A DNA stretch of 64,000 bases. Source: Tubiluchus corallicola. Taxonomy: Eukaryota > Animalia > Priapulida. The position numbers were made by a program, and so were the translations under genes. Below are positions 25,401 to 37,400 of the stretch, piece by piece (within the stretch, counting starts at the first letter, position 1; every line of letters starts with the position of its first letter). The notes under the pieces are model-generated. The model saw only the letters and a list, made by a program, of their open reading frames with translations. It was not told where the DNA came from and ran no database searches. The DNA is taken from contig JAQGDQ010000129.1 in assembly GCA_030141605.1 (NCBI GenBank), positions 256,781 through 320,780 on the forward strand. The letters run 5' to 3'.

Positions 25401-26839
25401 CATCATTAGCCAGAAAAATTTAACAAAAATCAAAGCCTAAAATGTTCATTTGAATCTTCAAATTTAACTTTTGTAACAACGATTTTATCTCAATTTTGTT
25501 TTAGACATGAAGAAATGTATTTTTGGATGTAGTTTCAAGTTCTCAGCCTAACAATAAATTTATATTATCTCTGTCAAGAATGTAAACAAAATATTTAAAA
25601 ACTGCAACAACAACTTGTTGTTTAATAGCTATCGTAAATGTTTCTTTGGTTTACTAGTGCTCAGTTACAGCCGACTGCACACTTGTGTTTTACTATGTTC
25701 ACAAGCCTACGGGTATAATAATGAGCAAGGCTCAACGTTTATTAACTCTGAGCAAAAAGGATCAACATGAGACACATTACAAATGACAAAGAATAGAAGC
25801 TTAGTAATCATACATTAATTAATTTGGCAGTACTGAGAAGCTGCTAGATAGCTATTTGATCAACAAATTGATACACGGTGCAAGGGTATACAAATTGCAA
25901 AGTAAATCCAATGATAAGATAATATAAGAAGGCTATCAGCTTATGTAAGTCTTCATTGGGCACTGGGCAGCCATCATCAGATTAAATAACATCTGGTCTC
26001 TCCACTATAGTAGATGCCTGGAAGTGACTCAGAATCAACTGGAAGTGAAGTATTTGCCTGACCTTGACCTTTCTGAACCATTCTTCTTTAGTACCTTTGT
26101 TTATCTTGCAATCTCCTTATGTCAAAAACTTTATCTACTGTGCCCATTCCTGTGCTGCAACCATGGCAACAACTTTCAATGTTAGCTAAGTCAGTTTTTA
26201 ATTATCTTACCTTTATTTTGCTATTTTGACACTGTTCTGCAACAACTATATTTAAAAGTTTTCATCTGCTGCTTGACATAAGCAATGCCAATGATTCGTT
26301 GTTGAAACTTCCTGAAAATTATTTGAAAAAATTCTTTTGCAAAATCAACAAATTTATATTATTTTTCAATTACTCACTTGCTAACAGATGTTCTTTGTTG
26401 CTGCAACAACTTATGAAGCCTTCTCAACAATATGTAGTGCAAAAGTACCTGCTTAACTCAATACTATACGCTCCATTTTGGGCACATTTTTAGTAAAGCC
26501 TGGCTGCCACCAATACTATCCAACAAAAGACTGATTAAGCTAGTATCAGATTAACACATTTTTGTAATTAAATGCTCAATATAATATCTAGGAAAATAAA
26601 TTATGGAAAACTTAACTTTCACAATATGTAGGGGCAGTGTTCTGAAACAGTATCTTATTAGTCACTTTGGGATTTCACAGATTAAGTATCACTACAAACT
26701 ACAAAGTGTAAATTCAAAAATTAAATTTTTGGCAGTAGCAAATATAAATTTATTTTGCACATGATATCACTATCAGACACCTTATACTACTTTTGTCTAC
26801 TGCTCAAGTTTTAAATAAAAAAGATTCACTATATTTGCA

Positions 26840-27420
26840 ACAATAGTTGACAAAAAAACAAAATAAAAATGTAAATAGGCTCTACATAGAAACAATTTTT
26901 CACCTCTAAATTATGGCACAGGTCATGTTTTTTTAAGAAACCCTAAAGTTTACATTTCCTGTCACTTAATGCTTCACTGTTTTATACTTTTCGCAGGAGA
27001 TGTCTTTTGAAAGTGGGTGCAAACATGATCTGTGACAGTTTGGCAGTGTTACTTAGCAAATAAAAAATGTAAGTAAAATGAAAAATCTGGTCTCGATTCC
27101 GATTATTTCTGATTTTAATATTCAATTATATATGAGGTGGATACAAAAAAAGTAAAGGAAGCGATCAAAAAATGAAACTATAGATCAATTCAGACTGAGA
27201 AAAATAGTTAAAGTGTCAGGGAAACACGTTCAAAACTTAGAGGACAAATTATATTTTTCGGTTTCTTTATAAATTATGGCACAATCTCCAAATTTTGCAT
27301 TTTTGTATTTAAAACATAGCATTACTCATAATGTAAGCATCTCTTTTCATGGAGAAAGTTTTATTTAAAAAAACATAAATCAATTTTTAAAGGGGCCTAC
27401 TTTTTTTGTCAACCCAGTAG
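26840..27420. mobile_element. degenerate TIR-transposon remnant
   Basis: Left GTTGACAAAAAAA...TAGGCTC vs right GGGCCTACTTTTTTTGTCAAC inverted ends; internal direct repeat TAAATTATGGCACA; TATATTTGCA on both flanks. Confidence 0.45.
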
Positions 27421-29835
27421 TATATATTTGCATTAAAGATTTAATAAACTGGAGTTGCATCACTAACTGAATTAAAAATTTTAAACCACTATTTATAAAA
27501 GAGATCTATTGCAGTAAATTAGTCGCCAAGATTTGTACAAGCCAGTCATTCAAACTTTTAGTTTTAGCCTTTAAAGTACAATAATTCATTGACAGTGTGC
27601 CTTAACATCCAGCATATGGGGTAAACCCTACAGGTAAATACTTTGTAATCAATTATCCATTTCTAGCAACTCAGATGTTAGTATAGAAATTATGTCATTG
27701 CGTAAACACGTTTCTGCATATAGTTCTGCTAGATTTGCTTAAAGCACAATACAACACTATTCCTGCAAAAAGTTAAAAAATCATTTTGTGCATGCAGTCT
27801 TATTGCTCTGTAGATACCAGCACTGTAGAAAACTTGAGACTATAAATTCCCACGATGAACACTAGACAGAACCACTTTAACCGGAAGACCATATGAAACA
27901 AGTTTAGATAACATCGCATCAAGTACATAACATTTGTGGTGCATTTTACTCTAAAGCTAAGCAAAAGTGTAATTACTTTACTTTTTCAATAAGATTAATA
28001 ATACGTTTTTTGGTGTGCCAATGACGTTTTTAGGTGCACACTCGAATAATAAAACAGGGACATTTTACCAGCCAGCACAAACATTTTAAATTATTAAAAA
28101 TTTTAAATTCAGTCACATGTTTTTCAGACAGGTAAGCATAACGCAAAGTAATACAATTGTGTGTAGAAAGTTTTTTAAGACATAAACCTATTTTAAATTA
28201 AAATTCCTCATACACTAAAATTAAGATTACTTATTTTGACAACAACCTAGTAGTATAACTATAAACTATGAATTTCACACATAACAAAGTAAAGTATGAA
28301 AATGAAGTAATTAAAGCTTCAATCTAAAGAATTACAAAGGTTTCTAGTCATACACGATTAACTAATGTTTCATCATCTGAAAAAAAATATTTCTTAAATT
28401 TCGAAATTTAACAGGTCCTTAAAAATAAGATTTGCTAGTATTAAATAATCACACTGTATTGTCCAGTGGTAAGTGATAAAATAGTTTCAAAATCTCGTTT
28501 TGCACATTTAAAAAATATAAACAGTGTAACCTATTTTTCATATTGCAAATTGTACGTACACAAAAATGCTTTTCAAAGAGTAAACAGTTTTATTTCACAA
28601 AAATACAAACGTCCCAAACCACATAACCTCGTTCTTGCACTCTTGGCGGCTTAATGGTGGTGCCATCTGATGCTTTATTTCGCAAAGAACTAAATTAACT
28701 AATTGTACGGTACTGCTACCTGCTGCCAGTATCAGAAATCTTTAGACTAAAATTTGACAGTTAGGTAGCAAGTAGCACTATGTATTAGTGCTAGCAAAAG
28801 CTTTACAATGGTGTAGTTTAGCATAATTATAAATTTTAGGCCAAGAGAAAATTCTTAACTTCAGTGTCAGAAATCACTCAAATAATTAAAATTATTCTAA
28901 TTAAAGTAATTTTTGCATCAGCAATGTTTAATAAGCTTGTCACAAAATTGTTTGTATAATGCGTGATTTTTAGCTAAATTTCTGTTGCAAACTAAACTTT
29001 GTGCTAAAACATTTTTAAATTTACCCTGTTACTACAGTTTACTATTAACAGTTCTCAAATACACGATAGAAAAGCCAGTGAATCAGATATTATAAGATTA
29101 AGACATAAAATTAAAGGTTCCCTCCACCATTAATTGATACTCTCGAAATTACGTTTGTGATGGAATAACTACTGTACGACGACGATAATTTTTGTGACTT
29201 TATTTATCATTAAATAATTATGCAATTGACAATTGCAACCAACTCATTTTCACTAAACAGTTTCCGCCTTTTAGATCCATTAGCATTTCTAACAAGTAAA
29301 ATGCATTAAATTTACTTCCAACGCTGCCTCTACTTCCATTTTTGCTTTTATTATGTTAAGGGTTTTTCAATAAAGGAAAACCAGATTTTTCACATGCAAC
29401 CTAACAAGCTCGTCAAAAGTTTTATATCAATCATACATGCACAGAGCTCGTGATGTAAATTAAACTTGATAATTTAAATTCTTGTGCCAACAGGTAAATT
29501 CAACAATTTTAACATCCAGGCTTCTCTACATTTCTACAGGTAGCAGCTAATAAATAGTTACTGAAGCAACAGTGACAGCAAACAGAAACGTGACAAAACT
29601 GAATTGGCAAGCACATACTGGTTCTGTTTATTACATTCATGAGAAGTGACATACAGATATTATCTAATAAATCATTATCGAGATAATAGATGTACAATAA
29701 GGATGATTATGCTGTACCCAATACTATGTAATAACATTTATCCACATTAACAATAACAAAAATAGTATTCATTATAATCTATGTGCCAAAATTGAAAAAA
29801 TGAAAAAAGTAAATACTGAATGAAAAGAAAACATA

Positions 29836-29841
29836 TTTATT
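29836..29841 (-). terminator. candidate polyadenylation signal for Axin (~1.5 kb 3'UTR)
   Basis: AATAAA on the minus strand followed by U-rich sequence; other candidates are possible in AT-rich DNA. Confidence 0.3.
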
Positions 29842-31323
29842 TTCATGTTGTCACATAACATCCACATTAAAGTAGGCACAACGAGTGCTGTATATCGACT
29901 CATACACTGTCAAACTGCAAACAAAAAATATAGTCTGCGCCATGTCCTAATCAGAAATATGGACAAATCGTACTTACAAGCCCTAGGTTCAAGTCGACAA
30001 CAAACTTTGTTTTTTGTGGTAACACGCATTTAAACGAATAATAAGTAACACACATAATTTACGAAGATCATTGACTTGTCTTTAAAAATATATTGCAATT
30101 AAGTAACAAGCAATTTCTAGCTGTCAGATAAAAGTGCAACTCAAACTGGTAAATTTAATATCATGAACAATCATAACAAAGAAAAAATGACTAAAAGCAT
30201 AAAAAACTTAGTTGCTAAAAATTTAACAATTGAATAGGTAAACAATTTCTACTCACTGCCAAAAATAAATTGATAAAGGATAAAGCAAATCATTAAAGGA
30301 CTACAAAACATAAATTTTGACACAGCACAGAAGCCAAGTAACACAAAAGAAAGAAGAGCACAAAAGAGTAACACAGAAGAAAGTAGAATGTCTTGGGTTC
30401 AAGTCCCAGTAGAGGTGCAAAATTTTTCAGGCATTCTAATTATTAGAACTATTTACACTTTATATGCTTTAACTCAATTGCCAAATTACGTACATCAACA
30501 GAGCAATACGTTTACTTCTACAAGTATTTTTCACAATTTTAGCAACATTGAAAATATGCATAAAAGTAACAAATGTCACAGAAAGACTAGGTTAAGAAAA
30601 ACAAAACAGTGTGTTGAAAATAAATAAATTACTGAATTTGTTTAGCTGCTTTAGTCTCAGCTGAAGAAGAGAGATAACAAGTAAACAGATTATAAATACA
30701 CACGGCATTTTAAGTTTACCTTTGTAGTGTTGTTACATGTATTTAATATTTACAGAAGAAAGAGTGGCTATCTAAGCATTTTTCCGTGTAGCTCAATGTG
30801 TAGAAACTGTATGAAATGAGAAGCAACACAAAATCTATCTTGTTAGATTTGGATTCATATAGACATACACTGTTACACTTTTCAATAAGAAGTTTAATAC
30901 ACTAACTTTAACCAAAAAAAATCACAAACATAATGACTAGAAAATCATACAAAAATAAGGAAATGTTGAGCCATAGCCTAGCCTTGTACATAAAAATATA
31001 TATTTACGATAACATTCATTAGATTTTAAGAAGAAAACATCAAAACTAACTCATAACAATGTAGCAGAGTCAAGAGGTATGTAATCTTCACAGGAACATT
31101 ATTGCCATCATCAGCGTAAAAATGATTATGCGAGATGGGTCTTGACATTCAAGTAAAAACTTGACTATTTACTTAAAGACTACAATTTCAACAGTGTCTT
31201 TCACACAGCCTGGAAATTATCTTTGTCAAGGGAACAACTTGTTAAGCAAAAAACTAAATTATGTTACACAGAAAGCAACATGTTTAACATGTATTATGTA
31301 CTTTCCAGAATTCTAAAATTTGT

Positions 31324-31450
31324 TCAATTCGTGGTTTCCAACTTGGCAAATATTTTTCCCTGCCAGAGAGGTAACACAGTTTCATCGTCATCAATTTCTT
31401 CATAAATAATTCCTGTACCAAACTCATCACTTTCCTGTTTGAAAAAATAC
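31324..31450 (-). CDS. AXIN1: Axin last coding exon (DIX domain C-half, stop)
   Basis: YFFKQESDEFGTGIIYEEIDDDETVLPLWQGKIFAKLETTN*, TGA at 31324-31326. Confidence 0.95.
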
Positions 31451-34400
31451 CTACAAACACAAAAACATTTAACAGCTGGTTTTCAGTGATGTTCATAACA
31501 TATGATATCATTAAAGAAAAATCAAGAATAAGAAAACCAAATAGACAGACTGGGTCATGCATTACGTTGTTTAGATCAGGATGTGACTGTTCCCAATAAT
31601 TCAAAGCTACAATGCTCTCTCAAAACACATAAAATTATTATATTGCAGTTTATATAGCCATAGAACAGTTATAGTAACTGATACACTTCAAACCAGCATT
31701 AGCTGGAATTTCCAGCTATTCCTTCTTCACCTTTATGAAGCTAGCCAGATTTCTGGAATACGAAGTTCATGCTAAACAATATGAAAGTAGAGGAATCAAA
31801 TCTGACATAGATTACAGTACAGCAGCTCAGTTTATATAGTTATTAAATGATATACTTAAAAAATCAGCAGTTCTTACCTATAATGATGTTTCTTATTTAT
31901 TGAACTTTTGAAATGTCTTAGTGTAATGTTTTTCCCTGACAGCTTTGTTTTGTACGTTTCACCATTAAGTTCGTAACCAACTACGATACTGTCTGAGGTA
32001 CTACAAGAGGTTGTCATTCCTTGTGAGGAGGTAGGAGTGGACTTCTTTTCCTTTCTTTTGCTGTATGAAAACATAAAATCTATGTTACTCTAACAAACTT
32101 AGCACAAGGACAAAACTAAAGTTTACAGACTGCAACTAAAAAAGATTTAGAATCAAAGACAAAAAATCAAGAAACTAGAATGACACTTAGCAGAGTGCAA
32201 ATGTCCACTAAGGCATGCAGATTATAACCTATTAAACTACACAGCTGCTTAGGTTAAGACGTCATTAGTTGTTTCTGGCATCTTGATCATTAATATAGCA
32301 TAATTACATAATTACTCAATACAGGTTTCAGTAAAGTATAACATATAACAGTCTGATGACGTGACAACAATGGGTACGCATCATTATAGCTTCGAAGCAA
32401 GAATTCCCTAAAACAGAAGTAGGCAATAAAACATAACTCATAGTACAACTCACCCATGTGGAGGTATTTACAAAAAACTATTCTATCTTGCTTTCCAAAG
32501 ATTCCAAAGAGCTACCCTCCCTCCAAGGCACCATGAAGTGCCACAAACACACTGTTTGCATGTAATGTTCGGCTAAGTTTTCAAAAAAAGCAAAAGTTTT
32601 CGACTACTACCCTCTGCCCGCTTCCACACTTCTTTCAAACATCCCAAATCTGCACTACCCACCTCTCCAAAAAGTTCTACAGAAATCACTTAAGAAGTTC
32701 TTGTGTAATCTCATTAACAAACATCGAAGAAGACAGATTATTATTATTATTATTATTAATTCTTTATTTAACGTGGATAACACTTTAACCAACAATTACA
32801 AAACTAGTAGTTATTTCTGAAGTGGTCCACAAAAATAAAATAAGGCAAAAACATTACAAAAATATTGCACACTGGAAGCATTAAAAATACTGGGGTGACA
32901 AAACGTACCTAGATCTGGATTTGCCTGCAGCTGCTGAAGGAGATGCAGCAACTGATCCTCTCTGTGCTTCTTCCACTTCTGTTTTTGAAGGCATAAACAA
33001 AGCCTATACAAAGAAACAGTTATAACATACAAAACACTACAACAAACGAATTTTGTTTGTCACTGGTGACATATAAATCTGCAAAAATGCAAAAATGTCT
33101 CACCATGACTTCTTATTTAATAAACCTTAAGTGTTTTTTTTATTTTAACAGCACAGCTGTCTAAACCCCCTAGCTGTTTGACTGTATTGTGTAACTCCCA
33201 CAGATATGCATTATCCATTTGGATGAATGAATCCGTGAAAACAAAAAATGAACAACTTCCATGTAATGCTAGCTGCTTTGTGAGGGACAAATAATGGTAA
33301 AAGTTTGAACAAAGTGTCAATTGCAAAGCATGTATAAAGCACCAAGAGTTATTGGCATGTGGGTAATCATTAGAGAGGGCTACAAACACAGTCATTTACC
33401 TTTGAAGATGATGCACAAGTGTACAACTGAATCGTGCTCCTATAAATAAACTATACACGACCTAAGCAGCATCTTATTAAAGAAATAACTCGCCAATGTC
33501 ACACCTGGACTTGCTCAGATTTTTTGCTGTTTTTTGAAGTTGAGAGATCTGTTCTTAGAGATGACAACTTATCGGGTAAACTGTTACGTCCAGCAGATCT
33601 GGATGGACGAGTCGTTGCGGGACAATGTCGACCGTGTCCTGTTTTCATACCCGAATTGTGATGAGACGAGTGTCTAGATGAGTCCAGACCTGCTGTTTGC
33701 CTAAATTAGAAAACTGCTTATCAACACTGATCATCTAATGAAAGCTCTAAATATAGACAAATTTTTTAATAGTTCATAATATTTCACTTAAAAGAATACC
33801 ATGAGTTCTGAAACTGCATTCAAAAATATCATGGGTGGAAGTTTTAATAAGTAATTGGATATACACAAAATAAAAACTGAAATTTGTCAAACTGAACACT
33901 GATCATTGATTTTCTAAACAGAGGTAGAAATATATAAACAAAACTTTTCAATTAAAATTAGAAACTCAATTAGAAAATGAGCATGATTCTGATACTGCAA
34001 TATATTGCAATCATTTGCAACATTGTGAAACACACTGACATATAAGTTAATGATATAAAAGAGAAGCTAACAAATATTTTTTTAGAAAATTTTAAGCAGG
34101 TAATTAGTTTACTTGTTTCAGAATATTTTTATTTATGTCCAAATATTTTATCAGTACACTGTAAAAGTACCAAAAGAAATTAAACTTGAACAAAAAATTT
34201 AAACACATTTACAACTTACAATATCATTTATTCAGTACGTAATAAGAATGAAAAATCTTGCTTTTAACAAATAATGGCTTTAAATAGGCTGAAGAGTAGT
34301 AAAACTAGCACAGGGAAAAACTGTAAACTACTAGCCGCATATCTTTAAATAAGCCTAACATGTACAAGTGTACATGAAACTTGCCCAAGAAACCTACACA

Positions 34401-37400
34401 TGATAATAAAAAGCAGCTGCATCAGAATCAAGGACAGGCTTCTCAAATAATTTTCCATAATCAACCGAGTTGTGCCTAAAATAATAAAACCAAAACAAAG
34501 CGTGAAAATACAATTTAGTACAAAAGAAGTAACTTCACATTTAAATTCTAAAGAACTAATCACGGTAACAACATTGGTAGAAAAAAGTTGAGAAAATGCC
34601 TTTAGTTGAATTACAAAAAACTAAAATTAAGGATCAGAAGTTAACATGAATAATAGACTGTATTATATTGCCTAAAACAACAAAACTAAGCTTGTGATTA
34701 CTTTCATGCTACTACAAATGCATTTAATTTAACTGTGATTTAGCTGCACTTACAAAAAATTCATTAGAATTTAATTTACTACAAAAGACAGGTGTAGTAC
34801 GCTTACCTAGGCAAGGGCAATTTAGTTTGATATGTAATACAAATTCAGCAAAAATTAAATGAGGCACAAAATTTAATGTGCTTCCATTACAATATTTACA
34901 AAAAAAACAACTAGCAAACACAGTGAGTCTTAGCCTCAAATCAGCAACTAGTTTAAAAGCAAAAACAAAGGCAACATTGCAAGGAAAAGGAAAATCAATA
35001 TTTAGAGCTGACTCAACTTACCCCTCACCCGTAGCAGCTACATCACCTCCTCCTGTTGGCAATGACGAGGCACTTTCATACACACTAATTCCACTATCGA
35101 AAAAACTACTGCTTGAAGCTGTAAGAGGACAAGATGAATGTCGAGGTGTATGCCTTTTATTAGAACCCCGTTTGTCAGAAATCCCGTGTGATCGTCCGGT
35201 GACAGAGTGACCCGCAGAACCTAACAAGATTAGGCAAAATATTTTTTTTAACAACAACTTCGTCTAATTGAACCATTTGATGTTATTTGGAAAAATATTT
35301 AGATAACAACAATCTAGTAGGTTTAACATAAATTCTCTTTACTGTAAAATTGAATACATTAAAGTTGGAATAAGAATGCTGATTTCCAACATGCAATATA
35401 CAGTATTTTCCAAAAAGCCTAATTGGAATAAAAATAGCAATTTTCATTAGGCTAACTTGCAACAAAAATAATAATTTAATGCACATATGACTAATTAACA
35501 GCACAGATTAAAACGTGCTTTTCAGAAAATTTGCTAGAGTTCATGATGAAGCCAATCTGTTTTTTTTACCATAGGTAAAGCTTCAAAAAAATTTATTCGC
35601 TTGATGCATGCATATGATTAATACATGTAACTGCATCTCCATTTTCTTTACAATAATAAAGGTGATGTATACCTGCACCGGCATAGTCAGAATAATTTCG
35701 CACAAAATCTTCGCTTCCCTGAGTTTTTAGTCGCGACACGTTGTGAAAATAATAGTGATGATGATGAATGTGATTATGCAGTTCTTCATGAGTTCCTTCG
35801 TTACTCATTCCACTATCCGTAGATAGCATTGATCCATGCTCCTTACGACCTGAAACGTTAAAGCAGTGGCGCGTTCGATGAAATCAGATGAAATAATATA
35901 TTAAAGTCTTTCACATTAAATTAAATAGTGATAAATTTGAAACAAGCTAACGTTAGCAATTACTGACTGCACTTCTGAGGTAATATACATAGAGCGCATT
36001 CAATGATTTTTACTTTAGTCCTGTCTTTGGTCCCTGATCCCAGGATAGAGACCCGTGGGAATTCAAGAGCTGGTGGAGAAAATTATTTGAACCCTTTAGT
36101 ATAGCCACACATAATATGGAAAAAACTTCGGTAGACTTTTCATGTGGATGACCGGCATTCTCTGACAAAAATTTTTAAATTAAAATGCGACCATATTGGA
36201 TTATTTTAGATTGACATATAATAACAATAAACAATGGGTAACACTAAAGTAATACAACTCTTATACTAGTTTGGTAATAACAGAATTTGAAATAAATAGA
36301 AAACTATTTTTTCATCAAAACAGATAATTTTTGCAATTTTAAAAAAGTGGGTCTAAAACTGAAAGGGCATCATTCTAGGACAGCCACTCAAGTTTTTTAT
36401 AAGTGCAAGAGCACCATTAATAACACCTGGTAGTTTTGTTAGTCAAAATTTCCTGCAAAAGTAAATTTTTAATAATAATTTAAAATAAAAAAGGTGAAAC
36501 ACTCCCCCAAAAAAGAAAATGAAATAATAAAACCACACACTCTTGTATTTAGTTACTGTTATTTGCAAAATTGCTTGAAAATAAACCATAGTATAAAAAA
36601 TATTAAGTACTAATTACATTACTGATCTCATAAATTAAAAAATGGCTTAAATTTAACATTTGCCAATTTAAAATTTAAGCACCTATACAACACCAATTTT
36701 ATTAATAAAACACCTGCCGAAAGCTGTGGAGTGTGGACACATGGCTTTTTGTCAATCAGTCGCCAATGAAATCAACATATTTTTGTTTAGTAATTTGACT
36801 AAAATTTAATACCAAAATTGGAAAAGAATACAAATATAAGTAGTATTAATGCAGAAGTATCGTAAAATATTCAAAGTATTATTGATATTTGAAAAAATAT
36901 CAATATGTCCTTGTTACTATAAAATCACTCACCTTTACTTAAAGGTTGTGCTATATGAAGGTCCTCAGAAGATTTCCTATATTTTGCTACAGGCGGCAGC
37001 TCCGTTGGTGAGTTTTCTGGACTTTTACCAAAACACTTAGACACATGTTTGTCCAGAATTGCTTGGCTTTCATCACTGCTATCCTCCTCACAAACAGTAC
37101 TTATTTCAAAAGGCGCAGAATGTCTTCTAGTCCCTGAAGTCTGTGAAGTCTAAATTATAAAAAATTACTAAACAAATTGAAAAAACAAACAAGACTACAA
37201 ATCTAAAATCATCTAATGACCACATTTTTCAAGTAACTGTTGGTTTCTTAAAAATGCAATATATCACTAAAAAACTTTTAAGCAAACTTTAGTTCAGAAT
37301 AAAACTATATTACTCTTTCATAATATTCAGGAAAGTAGCTAAAGTATGTATATCATACAATTTAAGAGTACCCTGTGTAGGTATATGCATACTGTTATCC

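Noticed and set aside
30394-30420. GGTTCAAGTCCC tRNA T-arm / B-box-like motif
   Set aside because: No A box or cloverleaf upstream; at most a SINE fragment in the Axin 3'UTR region
36010-36161. Exon-like open segment in Axin intron 6 (ENAGHPHEKST...)
   Set aside because: An acceptor is present but no good phase-1 donor occurs before the stop; the flanking exons join in frame without it
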